A stretch of DNA of 64,000 nucleotides from Candidatus Oxydemutatoraceae bacterium (GCA_965219575.1 OZ244779.1:1580769-1644768); one strand, 5' to 3'; shown: positions 55,501 to 56,674, counted from the stretch's first letter. Notes: a model not told the origin generated them from the sequence alone. Numbers and translations: made by a program.

Positions 55501-56631
55501 GATCAAACCACCGACCGTGTTGCCGTCGCGTATCACCGTCGCAATCTGCTCCGCCGCCTCGCAGTTGCTCGTCGCGCGGTTATCGCGACAACGGCTTTCA
55601 AAAATACCGCCGGCAACTTGTTCCAGCAGTACATTATTGTTGACCACGGTGCCTCTGTTGACGGCAACCAAACCACCGACGGTTCCGACACTGCCGATTA
55701 CACGACCGCGCACGACATTAACATTACTCACGATGCCTTCGTTGACGGCAACCAAACCACCGACCTGCGACCGGCCGGCGATATTCGAACGCAACAATGT
55801 CAACGCATTGATTTGTGCCGACGGCGCAGTGTGTGCAAAAAATCCGATACCGTCTAGCGGACGGTTGATATAGAGGTTCGAAATCGTGAAACCTCTCGCC
55901 TCGAAGTAGCCGGAAAACGGACTCGCACTCGTGCCGATCGGCTGCCAACCCAAACCTTCGTTCCACTCCCGATTGATGCGACCGGCAAGATAGCTTTCGG
56001 CATCACCGAAGTCTAAGTTCCTCGTTAACTCGTACCCTCTGCAGACACCGTCGTTGCCCTCGGCACCTTCGGCACAACCTCGGTTGAACAACGGCGCAGT
56101 GCGACTCGCCCTATAGCCACTTCCGTCCAAAACATATCGCACCGCATTCAAGTCCTCTAAATCGCAAATCTCTATCAAGCCGTCATCGTCGGCATCGACA
56201 TCGACGGCATAACCACAGTTGCGGTCTACAATAACGACCGAGACCGCAGTCGTCTCGCCGAAGCCGTAATTTGCTCCGTCTCTCGGCTCGGCAATGCTCA
56301 AATATACACGGCTGGAGACCGTCCTGTCGCCGGGGTCGGTATTTCTGGTGAGGATGCTCAGAGCGAGTCGGGTAGTGCCGGCGGGAACGACGAACGTCCG
56401 GACACCTTCGAGTTCGTCGGGGACGAGATCGTTGTTACCCTCTTCTTTTATTCCCAGAGTAAACAAGGTGTTTCTATCGGTGACCGCATCGAGCGTTATC
56501 GCATAATTTATGGTATCGCCTTTATAGATCGCAGACGGCGCACTAAGAGATACGGATTGCGCAGATACTTCACCGGTCGGTAGTACGGACGATAGGATGA
56601 TAACCCAAAAAAAATTATTTCGTAGTTTCAT
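16561..56631 (-). CDS. Giant (13,356 aa) secreted GLUG-motif / cadherin-like beta-sandwich repeat protein, putative adhesin or surface protein
   Basis: Uninterrupted 40-kb ORF. Sec-like signal MKLRNNFFWVIILSSVLPTGEVSA|Q and a purine-rich RBS. 19 modules rich in VGGLVG.N...I.NSYA.G.V that end in W...WDFG...QYP.L. 12 D.D.[DN]G.[IVTA][ED] loops. About 19 C-terminal cadherin-like domains (L..L...P.F...Y...VTA.DG...Y.V.V.R). Confidence 0.9.
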   Translation of the reverse strand: MKLRNNFFWVIILSSVLPTGEVSAQSVSLSAPSAIYKGDTINYAITLDAVTDRNTLFTLGIKEEGNNDLVPDELEGVRTFVVPAGTTRLALSILTRNTDPGDRTVSSRVYLSIAEPRDGANYGFGETTAVSVVIVDRNCGYAVDVDADDDGLIEICDLEDLNAVRYVLDGSGYRASRTAPLFNRGCAEGAEGNDGVCRGYELTRNLDFGDAESYLAGRINREWNEGLGWQPIGTSASPFSGYFEARGFTISNLYINRPLDGIGFFAHTAPSAQINALTLLRSNIAGRSQVGGLVAVNEGIVSNVNVVRGRVIGSVGTVGGLVAVNRGTVVNNNVLLEQVAGGIFESRCRDNRATSNCEAAEQIATVIRDGNTVGGLIGDNFGIVSDNFVSTDVLGGERVGGLVGFNFGRILGGNDIRGNIYGNGYVGGLVGYTIGSIVGNNVSADVLVAGDYAGGLIGYACSSITGSRLCPSSEEIVAADSLQTFRLTDNSASGTVVAGNYIGGLVGYSDNTISDSTTNDIEVSGNTHVGGLVGFYAGERIADCSATEIGIDGNDNVGGLIGTVDETGSVVVDSFASGVVVGNTDVGGLIGMSNKSTINNGYAIVNVTGVSNVGGLVGSAENSRIENSYASGDIRGSGVGVGGLVGYLFGGGITFSYATGSVVGDNSDAPGIDNDVNDVGGLVGRADSGMIRSSYAVNPQVFGADRVGGLVGKQFDGTVELCYALSSVIGADRVGGLVGENGGEVRIAYAAGRVIGSGNDVGGLVGINSGSVLRSYWDTTEAGITTSDGGSGIADLEAAVTPGEQVSDAFYLWSRNDWNFGSTIEYPILKDADGIALAQQVARIATLAVNGGFTLIPEFDPEINNYYVVVGDNPTAISLDVAARDNDATFTVLKVGDEANPITVTGSDNDLSINLNRMPAPTELIVARNYSVKIFRSFAASVTVDSSNRQVREGQTVRFNVASNIGGIVPLSYMWRQTAPQMPLLMDGLDTGITINQPDFYLTIAGDFVASITETGRVASLSVEISDGRFGNRSIGSEQLVVAKVNNGSPVLAPLAFLDGTPVLHSPGFEAVIASDADGIAPIAEQDRLYQWQFSEADEADNWTSIDGATDATFDVGMHELGNVRYRLQIYYIDRQGYNNTLTSQTPTAIVDKDRDGLIEIYDLEALNAIRHELSGSGYRVSETASEVTGGCPDSGCFGYELMRDLDFEDNDSYRNRQVNKAWTVSDFTVLGDVGWIAIGDRSTPFTGTFEGNRNTLYNLRMNSAAAGGKGLFFDNSGVIRNLRIEGLEIAGSSSAGRRLSGLTVINRGAVVNCYVQGEITAAGTASNLIGGLVAENLGGEIINSGALMNIAFRSSDTADNTGASGILVGRISENGLIINSYTTGEITSNLFRVAGLVGHVQASRIINSYAVADIATSHTANRMGTLVGELDNTSRVVNSYAQGSIIQVNNLSAFVGGLVGVLQRDSSVRNSYATVRIESLNPSVFPYGGLIGQFIEPSTVDASHWDTIAAGLQTSTGGSGKTTTELQAGIAQYSNTDKVYFGWNLDDWDFGTDAQYPVLKHAPNPDLAGQPACDTPDTPECGTLISPELRRGLRFLTAVNGTLSPPFTGGSYSGNIQVSASVSEIRLIATAFEDNAVIDIYDANGTLLQSGLASGEPSMALTLTAGEPMRHLVIEVKRGQAVRQSIILNRVVVADIVETRECSELSDFTPIKTLEDLNDIRNRRDGSYCLLRNLDFGNDAGYEDAATNRLRWTVDFDTDTGLGWEPIGNDSNRFSGIFDGNGFVISNLQINRNANDQSLFGSITGTVRNLGLTDVKIDAGSNNYSGALAGANRGTIIGSYATGEINGGNNIGGLVGAHLRSGRIINSYAGVDVTGNTAVGGLVGLADEVPDLIINSYATGAVSAAGFAGGFVGVQRRGEIRNSYATGNVIGGTDRVIGGFVGEKQGNTVIRNSYATGSVTGINQVGGFIGNLWQNATNGLIADSYSIGSVSGTGSNIGGFLGNRFAGTDGRVQNSYWNTQTSGRSNSERGSGLNTQQMQSPTAPDATSPARYTGWSSDNWDFGTNRQYPRLKYARNPDSTGRRTCSDAGGDGLPVCGSLIAPKPSYDLNELSVFPGRFSPRLNFNGRLSDYRTHVVGVGADNTIRLIAGSQDAGARFLALRGEDNTAPVSEFGGGELSGEIMLRNGENHIVVELTPSDPSARKRRYNFRLRYRAPQIPIEISNLEDLDALRNNPNGSYRLTRNLDFEDALSYRTRAVNSDWTVDDFDADGDDGWQPIDNFTGTFDGNGFAISNLQIKVGDAGTSAVGLFGTIGVRGTVKNLILNDADVRASNSRAVWVAALVGQNRGLVLNSGVIASFVEGVGSTRGGGDHNYIGGLVGRNGSDEGENNIHYIGNSFVVDSEIRVNPAVANATHHIGGLVGRNIYAEIYNSFVQATTVAGYCHAGGLVGNQFGPLSTIKNSYADATLELLTESCRIVAGGKLIGLVNGGVIENSYATGSAPAGVDLLGFQVPPRQSSFPPLIFNDSYRDSGASADGDRDRTTMQLQMPTAAVGLYENWSDEIWDFGTASEYPRLKYSAGPFGNVCDVAGAPDCGSLISPQPPYVVSDPGPVDPDLVIEIDSLEDLYKIRNNPSARYLLIRSLDFLDNASYEDAANKAAWTVDNFNDTLDQGWQPIDNFSGSLDGNGFVISNLQINRSNINQGLFGSIDGGVVRNLGLTAVNINIEGTNIGALTGANRGTVIGSYAIGEVAGTDNVGGLVGAHLASGWIINSYAAVDVTASTSVGGLVGIAEGTTSNLIINSYATGSVSAEGLSGGLIGLFSSGEIINSYATGRVRVTDVTTNEHIGGFVGEKSDNAVITNSYATGAIAAGDASDVGGFAGLSSGANTISDSYAIGNVSAIGSAIGGLIGSGSGTARNSYWDTQTSGRATSAAGNGLTTEEMQSPTAANATSPPRYTRWSSGDWDFGTDRQYPILKYRLNPRSDGPQSCNADGSDGLPICGSLIAPQLRYGLLEDILVVDGELEPAFHGSNYGSYRGSVVSSENPIRLQPITFDLAAEIKIFEFVAGIKTQIGNTFAGGDRSAPIMLDPDGIQYLIVEINPSADGEPTVEYPLYLRYRSRNAVIEIESLEDLDNIRNRRNARYLLTRNLDFLDDDSYDDLANKTTWTVDDFDDPADTGWQSIGTDAARFGGEFDGNGFVISNLQINRSGGADHSLFGSITGTIRNLGLTAVNIEGTQFTGALVGSNRGTVIGSYAVGKVTGTDNVGGLVAAHLASGRIINSYAAVDVTGNTGVGGLVGVAGLNREAPNLIINSHATGNVSANGFCGGFIGVFNIGEIRNSYATGHVSGRSVRSVGAFVGDKVGNTVIRDSYATGSAIGIDAVGGFIGTLWQNAANGLIADSYSIGSVSGSGSNIGGFLGSRFDNTDGRVQNSYWNIQTSGRSASQRGRGLNTEQMQSPIAPDATSPPRYTGWSSDDWDFGNAEQYPTLKYAQNPDIAGARTCNAAGVGGLPVCGSLIAPQLRYGLLQDLSIVDGELLPRFAVGQSNYSGEVLSLRDTIRLQPVAFDSAAEIKIYLYDGTARRQLGDTLDSGDLGAPFRLRQGTIQYVVIEIDPSVADQPTVEYPLYLRYRPGTAIDSLEDLDAVRNSLHGNYVLTRNLDFEDDASYDGTVFRVLWTVDDYRDATDLGWTPIGDANTPFTGTFDGNGYTIANLQINNDDNAMHKGLFGVIGSVGTVRNLGLIDAEIEDYNGNRHPDNYPGVGTLAGMNDGTVIGSYAHGTVRGSRGLGGLVGRNADDGEILNSHAVCSVESSASDSISGGLVGEDKNIIGNSYAAGIVRGRDSVGGLVGRSVFTPTTATGYNSYADSFVSGNRNVGGLFGTTYSNYRNLYATGWVRGRSEVGGLAGTNNRGLYQSGYGIGRVDVGGSLIGRLSNSNASLINSYANSDLSSRPLVNSIGSGATIRNSASATTAELRAGSAQSGNMSDVYYNWSDANWDFGNNTQYPVLKYAANENGRSRACDGDGLPNCGTVIARRALSALRVSERRSRLVPPPDTRYRSYTGVVERDTPSANLIAVAADPDARITFIYLDDAYNETGRSVPMTAAADGAGGVTSREITLSESTATHVAIEVITPGSEGESGGVDRYNLSLGYRFGLFNDDGNPAITIDTLEDLDNIRNNRSGNYILTGDLDFLDDADYEDTANKAAWTVDNFYNPNDDGWQPIGTDAARFSGTFDGNGFVISNLQINRNADNQSLFGSLTGTVRNLGLIGIAIEGRAYTAALVSANRGTVIGSYATGKVTGTDNVGGLVGGHLRSGWIINSYAAVNVTGNGSVGGLVGVAEEVTPNLIINSHATGSVSGNGFCGGFVGVLRNGEIRNSYATGRVVCRTQRSVGGFVGDKTNNTFIRNSYAAGSVIGQESVGGFVGTLWQNLADGVIADSYAIGSVSGSGSNIGGFLGDTFSGTDGRVQNSYWNTQTGNQSDSRRGLGFNTEQMQSPTAPGTTPTDVYYNWSSADWDFGNTEQYPILKHASIAAITICDGNGLPNCGDLISPQIRNGLRNLELASGRLMPAFNAGSSNYSGEATLDTIALIPTAMHDGAVINIYLGSVDGTPEQSVVSGMTGMPIVLDRDGVNRIVLEITTGTTRVHYPLYINYLGDRVLADRDGNGFTEIYYLDHLNAIGTSNSTLAGNYELMRDLDFNDADSYLSGTVNSDWTVDDFDDDDDLGWDPIGDSGNRYTGRFDGNGYTIANLQINRDNGINQGLFGATGIGGVVRNLGLIGVKIQGTDVVGTLVGSNRGTIIGSYANGDISAALRVGGLAGIHSGGSIANSDAAVNVVGEQGVGGLAGTGRADIVNSHATGNVSGEQSVGGLVGVYANSEIRNSYATGRIDMIDAATNQNIGGLVGEKTNNAVIRNSYATGAITAGDASDVGGLVGNASGANTIRNSYATGNISGSGSALGGLIGTGSGTAQDSYWDSRTGGLDRSASGTGQTTIQLQAPTNQNAATGIYENWSNADWDFGSDTQYPILKYAFTDTVTVCDSNGLPNCGDLISPQIRNGLKSLELASGRLTPVFSVGSSNYSGGATTDTIALIPTAMQDGTVINIYLGTVDGTPDQSVVSGMTGMPIVLDRDGINRIVLEIVATPPLRYSLFISFQKDDVPSDRDGNGFAEIDNLDKLRFIATRPAGNYELTRHLNFNAPDSYAENRINREWTVEDFNEASDTGWLPIGEGGAPFIGQLNGNGYTISGLQINRTTDRQGLFGTVGEGGVIRDLGLLDVKVGRIDTSGAIYNHVGALIGYNAGVAIGNYAIGEIAGYANNIGGLVGTNSGSGLIANSYVIGTVNGYFNDIGGLVGDSLGTVVNSYTDVAVSTNQSNLGGLVGNCNGCSIQNSFAIGPIVNTGSNVLPPGGLVGRAQSTFDIADNYAQSNIRQALNPLGYANGGFVGVLGLNSNINLTANYSIGRTDGSFYYILSGVNMPSVIAPNYWNSDTAEGQPRPDDSRLNASGRSTRDLQSATAPGTNSTEIYHNWSEDNWDFGNNMQYPILKYAPNPVADGMRTCDGNGLPDCGDVIAPQIRNGLEDLTLTDGDELYPPFGDTHRSLNGNYSGRVVATDPRRSNPNPIRIVPTAKEDNTTINIYFGTVKGKSHPDQTVISGTTSSSITLAEGFNRIVLEIKSNPTVYYPLYIRYNESTEIHDLEGVDQTRNNSSGHYKLMRNLDFNDPTSYRSGRINRNWTVDDFNDGNDFGWQPIGNNTNRFSGTFDGNGYTISNLQINRDSGNNQGLFGVIGNSGVVRDLGLLSVKIDTDGTTGAVAGISLGEIIGSYAIGEITATGNNIGGLVGIVNPSNNAKILNSYAAIHIEALPASRANNYGGLVGFASNGMIINSRAYGSIVGNIRYAGGVVGRSLRDINAFSTEIYNSYAGVNIRADDNVGGLIGDILVNGLVVNGYATGSVHADANNSGGLVGFIFGVPAIETGTRNSYTLSSVTGSGTLGGLVAANNRVGTNTDASYWNSETAGLDTSAGGTGRTTVQLQMPTSPTGIYSNWDADDWDFGDTDEYPILKYTAEPDIFGNPACRRDRNAVSRLPVCGDLIASQIRNGLQDLRLASGILNPSFVEGSADYFGEVYRNPIRIVATAQDDNTKINIHLDFVKRDPFQTIIGGGTSNPIFLDDGINHIILEIEGKPPAYYPLYIRYQNDPMLADRDRNGFTEIYYLEHFHAIAASTSTLAGRYELMRDLDFNDPYSYLSGEINQDWVVADFATDTGWLPIGNMTTPFTGTFNGNGYAIARLQINRSGQNNQGLFGVIDSSGVVRNLGLPNFRIAAGSQIGGIAGTVRGKIVNSYATGTVSGVGDVGGIVGVAAGTGVIVNSRSGIRLSATGINAGGMLGRCNGCKILNSFAVGSVTGIGTNTDNIGGFVGSAGGASNIGNNYAWVDVSGGPFNNIINAIANGGFFGALFLDKNLLLNANYSIGPSSLPYTGSQGNLANINITGANYYNSDTVEQNLVTSPQIFQGRTMRQLRAPTEPSTTPTGVYYLWREENWDFGTAMQYPTLRYTTATDVLGRPACRNAEDTVSQRPLCGTLIAPETRYGLSALTTRYAQLIAPFDEAILDIGGAYYTTVLNDAPRVQLVATTREAGATYSVYIGGVRTPENTEIAGGNPSGEIALTADGTTEVVIAVHGTRPVRYTLYLDYRFETPIDADHDGLVDLHYLEDVAMVDFNFQQEIGYRTAREGELNTSGCPRGVCRGYELMRDLDFNDPASYREPATNRPIWTRSWEFVDLSNAVFKGNGYAISNLSVLDSPDPIALFAMVSDSDIDGLGLVNVDINSEIAVAIAASLTRSTIRNSYVIGDLSGHNVAPFATDFAESSLSNSYFIGILRSLNRFRESPSFTHGLVLADGATIGSESIKNSRAIGRIETLIESELTNTAMLGANPTRSLNIGNSYASMLMTRAGVPQGNLSNSLGVITNSYFDRNIAGVDVPASRARSGAELRATTMTGIFAAWNTDDWDFGGADQSPVIKYNAEECQLERHDNPLCGKILPYQGSLMARFELLDNAGISRPFDFATFNDYEIVVGADRQGLRFVAEAFAPNADIVVYKTTTDAEVLRVKSGVATPLIALDTVGDTLLDVVVEEGEDRTSYRYRFSVSRLNEPIDLAAIDGDNDGLIDVATPEQLNAMRHSLDGRFYRAGGTSNSDRFYCRVGCRGYELTADIDLAGIDWHPIGRDNARFDAHFKGNGYAISNLTLHDPAFDEIAMFAYLDENARLEDIHLKDVSIRSSRETGVIAALAVYNYGTIFNSRVENADILLQNGSVGALVYQNLGRIINSGAVGGTIDNQDASAGLVHTNDGAILGSFATIAIRSRGSNTAAAGLSLENNISGNIENSYAQPIISDNTGVIAGLIDTNEGIVTNSYATGGPLFRNALGDSQVLDSYWDRDTAAPGATAAGGTSETTVELQSGVAQNNSTDTVYYRWDSALWHFGNADQYPAALYQDGSAGLCTQPTVAQLRSCDTLVSARLSETDRALVCRDRLLRDRSDQPYCGALVPYQNRRGLIALELPAGVRLVPEFSPEVESYNLITNGAITVFHTTPTAYYRADTVTLIAGDSEQIIADNTRSAEIDLNRTDIDALRLAVRSATDATTRSYTINFRSTDYQDNIDIQLSALDGSRLSPNFIRDRSDYRLIVYSDTERVRLNTMVSDPLPGAVVDIVIAADNGVQPITLQDSGIAEVVLGDTATEITVTVRGGQRYRFEYRIVVERLPFASYRGILTVDADNNIVVDADRDLTLDADGDGLIEIAFLEQLDTIRHGLDGRGFSYRLGTTTTIMIDGGCPDSGCFGYELVRDLDFNSVDSYVDAQRTMPLWTDGKGWQPIGDAEHPFTAQFIADGHTISGLMIRRRNSDDVGLFGAISAAMIRGINVSAAEVIGNNDVGILVGEDRNNSEIINSRATGTVRADNNGGGLIGVYRGTIVNSDSSVSVEVDAIGGGLIGRLLRGAIGKSRASGTVSARSASGGGLVGAVENATISNSYATAMIDASEGGGLVGSLGTGVRIDNSYAIGANRSARSGGLVFNAANVPVAVNDSYWDINTSGVVDGRDGSSQTTVELQSTTTEIYTNWNVAIWDLGNNMQYPRLKYTTATDTLFIGSAPTCRVASDTSSRLPVCGKLLPGQYIGLTDLVFSSEVLELIPSFNPLIYNYRLILKAGESGFQLMPTYVGAAYQLSVDGSVAEVVRSGSASSRIPVPDSGSIEINLGSSDIVYTFAASRHPYLRIGDVDVDDDGLIEIHNRTELNAVRYQPDGSGYRASAADRRITIGCAPTTGCIGYELAASIELSATDWEPIGTLDCDNPENGCFAGIFEGNRSSGYTISGLRIAAPNTDNVGLFAHLHPDAEIRNLVLSGVSVTGRDGVGGLAANSNGRVDNVSVNGEVGGESAVGGMVGRNLRGSIVASGAVGEVTGRAFVGGLVGENDGLVDRSFAEVMVVGSGSDDSESYHVGGLVGYNTGRVYNGYAIGSVSGENNVGGLVGTNNGIGSDSDGRIVNSYASGAVSGSGAVGGLVGRNEVGAAVLTSYALGEVSGNNRVGGLAGLNTGMVSDTYASGGVFAQGRVGGLVGVNGNVGDRRTSSIVNSYAIGRVSDVPRSGGLIGDSLGGVSDSYWNIETAGIADNGIGSSQTTAALLTPTAASGIYTNWDTNLWDFGTPEHYPQLRYGRGDDGDNPACGGSGQPTCSSVRSYGLSDLQVLGSIMQLMPQFATPRLRYRIGAYIGVTGSLRLIPNAASDDAMITIAYGGDEFGVVDGAVSDPIVPDPGVGDAIIVSVESAGATVEYILEIDYFGFDADRVLADADGDGLIEITTVDDLYAIRYSLDGSTYTYALPDGGLLPIVEGCPTTPTVGCRGYELTRDLDFGDAASYRSGVVNTEWADNWDPIGDNDNSFDAVFDGSGYHIRNLSLRGTETKDAIGLFHTLGRNAEVKALRLRNVGIYDVIGRDLSSRRAEKQGSLAGENRGRIYDVGVSDVTALVGSNYSRRALKQSRFGGLVGVNSGGEISHSFAQVYVHSFSPDGDALGDIVGGLVGRNERGAKIKNSYTTGAISGHCRLGGLVGEHISANRDSAENIGTIENSYARVDMNKILDLECIDQEFEIAGFVQGFGGLVGFMEQADIVDSYAAARQSGGVLGLIGGTTGTVSVINSYWDNILNDQQSASTTGGETTPFGGQTTAVLQGTTPTMGIYANWSSDDWDFGTDEQYPTLKAADGRIAMQVLDSSLVGIVEVANAAIARINGITGDFRYSGNSNRYRLYVDATRLPLPITFITTSTVAGLETTLYCGDVLCPLVGSDATLILDNSNIQEITLVASAGNRVTRYYFDIVRDNLRLDDVPAIGIDEGDMFTIGGDYAGSSDLSWSQISGTAVNIADADSLNLELAPQADLLSENVDDGDFEFELSVSITPDNGIRQVYLSREIVVRINKVNNGPVTGNPVLSIGTNRRITVTENLNDIDGTVRNLSRQFQRRFPGDAWRNVDLSAGDTVDGGYQYRFIGLYSDGQGYTSEPIVSNSVTVGSSVAMDNADIDGDSIANADDIDDDGDGLIEIRHLEDLDAVRYQLDGSGYRASADGELITHGCPITGCIGYELTGNLNFTTAGDYRSGVVNDAWTVDEGEFTTTADGWQPIGGVFNAIFNGNGYSIARLAISRSSAGSKANVGLFAEIGANGKVENLVLDSPAIKGLAGIKNVGGITGLLRRDGVIRNSDVYGTVPGQTSARVIRTDRGSAGGLVGVNAGYIVNSRARINVGVQDSDGNISNNGNVTVGGLVGRNRSGGKIHNSYYSAGEVSGTCIVGGLVGSQLSAADRADGIGEIRNSYVHSDSNVAIPATVSCATPYLGGLVGRHIGGRSIVANSYAGGRAYVPTLFGANASVSDLGASQTQSFASCPGNITANYNGSPVNVTVAGLLNRSMPSRAPTNSYWRREPYRCAVTVSGTTYVTHAVSMPDVNNRRSNNTLTNPSVPNTPQTCLSGEDGRSEASRNRTRSCITYRGWNTDHWDFGTDMQYPLLRYTEGADRDDPACDFDDSTSLPMCGALLRGQPRATAVSPRSAPPVSGKPPQPVITYARNDAASVALTAQSIITVNEGDTLILDATRSRSVDNAALDYRWRQTRGPELLPVSQSIKRTPRVAVRDDLLAAEADRGQAVIKLEVVKRNNPDAFASRDIIIDVVKTNRDGDMAALRWVDGPLGVANANYIFASEINDADGGPFTDISYQWEVNGSPTNIDRAYYRVEDIFASYRLTTTYTDNQGYSNTIVSFINGRLASDDRIVDHDRDGLIDIFFIEQLDAIRNQPDGTGLQYPGINLLLVGGCPGDVCSGYELVRDLDFDDASSYRSFNGPDSYDNWDPIGTVVNKQNQIGDCSHATSDCFTAIFEGNGYTISNLRINQAVSFAGTSQADQVNLGLFAAASGDAEIRGVRLADVDIAGSNNVGALVGSFSGRSITDSHVLSGTVSTYYDGGCLIGRANRAATEISDSSANCTLTGTNVLGGLVSFSNATIGNSRTAGAISLNITMSGQRDVIANGGLVGVLESGGRIENSASSATVVRRGGGSITVTEGTGVGGLVGFGLSNTTITNSYATGDVTNDSRQGNTGGLVGRSFSNIRDSYATGDVQGMGSRAGGLVGNLGGEISNSYAAGDVNSASIFSGGLVGLARNATISNSYAIGDVNGNRVVGGLIGDVNNTAIDNSHATGRVSADDRVGGLIGELIDDVINRPDSKVIANNYTFATVIARGNESDFNRVGGFLAHFEVGRSTIVRDNYAAGSIAGPADKSGFIGVYAALGQIINNYSITRVSGNPNDKGFIRLNIGFNLMGNYWDIERSGQSAGLLGSNSGVRGFNSQILKSSRSSTNTHPYRNWNTERWDFGTTEQYPVLKYNDGTCAGSAPSVNCGAVLPRQRLGLQDLQIGQISALAQPELSSMPRVATFKDDFDRAAVDEITVSVWDRSAEIRIVAYAYNPAGVIKINDAPPSIGSANYSVGGDFTTATRVRIVVSEPYEIGGKENLDVEYRIAFNTFPEASAIAVRAADERREPLITSVPIREGHFITLSSELSDADGGDLRYRWTADEKQVRLLDRTMLSGRVSGGSGRATLSFYLRDDFIAADQTAETVNVALVVEDTVGETVTQERSFSVAKYDNGIIDGITTPTRVGLTYTAPTLDKDKLAEDPDGAGDPRAVAYRWQRRSGDSWTDIDTANGMNYTVVGEVADHYRVVVSYIDGQGYSRTVASPPQRASIGLVLREAPVADTEGFIFVELAADDLSPDFDFEARDYRVPTEVERLDVTAIGGAISVNGVPLTGKVATTLDLEYGDNEVIIVSQGEDDTSTRTYTVFRDYDVAIRGWRIEWQGEDGTERRDLGDDLSERPDIPNAISTITVIASVNELVDIVIASDGNTVGEITTSTRAGLPVAQATVGGLALGENGIAFTVTAPSGSFADQEVVVYSVNVWRKYSTRFRSLRLVGTDFTTKFRPEVPRYFAIVANERGSEAIEFERQAGATVLVDNVEVDGNRVDSPPLNISSNTIILRVKAPRETDTVYTLVVVREYSLDLQDLVLTYAPATTVTLVPTFASTQHIYTAVVPTETSQVRVTFATDLQVVSELRADIAPITTDTRVLADRIEKIVSVPLNYDDNTMVIATSALGTQQATTLTITRLRSTDAELQDLQVLNDDDINVLSVFNPTTQNYTVEVANDQRTVSLRVTPQDTKITAILWNGISLSLSGLETGSVTGDHPESEPLFALGENEIELKIIAHDGVTSQTYTLIVDRLPSTNARLRSILYTLSSSSGEEPSSASPSDFVPDTLEYTLPPVDNAIDCIRVTAKAEDEEATVEISKVAGAESDSLCPDTSLRLGAGRNTIEVKVTASDGKTINRYRLNIGRALSSDNDLSGAPIILIPGVGETTATAVSVSDSEYTAEIDRNVTSFSVSATAAHPGAMVRISINDGADAVGGRTATKTDIPIGVPTSLADIAVARREITITVTAQNGTTEDYRLTARIILGSNANLASLSVSPVGSLMPQGDPPMYTTTVGESVMHATVTAVASDQFATVTISENNTELVSARQQGMVNITFAETGDNRELLIRVTAENGATSKTYIVTINRARSSDADLRDLWLLDENNANLLPDFDPTSRTQVYQFEVPNGTTDTRVVAEAHPRAIIAVVIDGIEKTATGTIERMFDLTVSEIEKLIRITVSSQDDSTTRRYTIAVTRAGADRSNAGLAGIALSLDDNTRTRLLTLTSPDEGTSATYSARITGIDGREVQTITQIVVSPQAADSAATVSIDGDAAESMPDKLIPLKAALDTPEPTIPIKVIAEDGIASATYSLVITRERSADASLASVIVGGDTIAVGRDGTYTMSLDENTSNTTVTVTTTHSQATVAITLDGETNSIRNEIGRQVTIADTGASRTLRIVVTAQDGETTQGYTLTISRDPSRDASLADITVAGTSVVDNGDGTYTATLDEATTSSSVTVTAGNKFATVVITDVRNRRVEGEGAARASITLDDPGDGTELRIKITAQSGREDDSADYTLTVNRSPSTDARLSALELLPQSSVAVEPLVIFDSLSDGGEYPASFTDIVTGVRVKPTAQPYVDKIEVFAPGSDRGEVVAENGQSSLIAVTEGRTTTITIVVTAQDRRTTQDYIVLITLGNIDVDLGALRIISGENTLADFDSLATSTNYVYTIPNPIVGDKITSVSLQAQAEHPDATISLTVDDDTPPRVMGVNTINENIRLDEGETKRARIVVTAQRRSVRKTYTVTIVRAASRDTRLSRLAVSSSELIPQFGFDSSAATQEIRKYSVELPNDAANVNLGAAAANANTILTISEVGNSRSGNSVTLPIAINPGQHEDITISATAQDRTTATYTVVISRAASVTRSALGFMLRMSDVALNPEGNTETEYRGELIGTATEIIASAAATAAGVSIRSILLGGTEYILNDNPVDLSADLASISRAIPLQRGANRITLVVRRGDSTEDGYTEQSYTVTVIRPLVLQTLGLDGLSDDDPYRFDAFTRNYTVTIANDSANLVVSPTLFSGDNGIVEYTIFDAETEVIQAANGSAIIRFDVDQTKDITIALVAPGATTSNYVVRATRKASDNANLSALRIVSGGNKLADFGNLATSADYVYTIPNPIVGDKITSVGLETETEHSSATITVAVDGADADISDAISFVDAEGETKRVSIKVLAEDRQTSKTYTVAIDREQSRDTRLSMLRVSQGVLKPKFMFNMNSASQQNNYSVELPNNMSNMTITAMAFAENTTLVIGDRSRNSGRASRSASLTVSVNPGTKKDITIVVTPQSGDSRTYIVTLLRASATNIIERGVIRIRAKVFLEGPLQ
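16620..22800 (-). repeat. Stalk of ~19 tandem cadherin-like beta-sandwich domains within giant gene 1
   Basis: About 100-115 aa units ending in [TY]Y.[VL].[VI].R and restarting S.[DN]A.L..L; closely similar DNA in 57009-64000. Confidence 0.8.
23850..56200 (-). repeat. Array of 19 GLUG-type beta-helix modules (typically ~1.5 kb each) within giant gene 1
   Basis: WDFG-type module ends at about 54170, 51980, 50441, 48932, 47732, 46193, 44639, 43082, 41579, 40031, 38479, 37007, 35605, 34199, 32273, 30554, 28925, 26527 and 23939. Confidence 0.85.
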
Positions 56632-56665
56632 GTACCCCCCCTTTAAGCATAAAACTAATAGTAAT

Positions 56666-56674
56666 ACTATAACA
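56666..56674 (-). promoter_or_regulatory. Extended -10 promoter candidate for giant gene 1
   Basis: Minus strand reads TG-T-TATAGT about 35 bp upstream of the ATG in an AT-rich tract, followed by the AAAGGGGGGG RBS. Confidence 0.45.

Noticed and set aside
16561-56631. Giant protein as an M26/IgA1-type metalloprotease, RTX toxin, autotransporter or NRPS/PKS
   Set aside because: I saw no HExxH motif, no GGxGxD nonapeptide runs, no C-terminal beta-barrel ending in an aromatic residue and no biosynthetic domains. This was read by eye, so a profile search should confirm.
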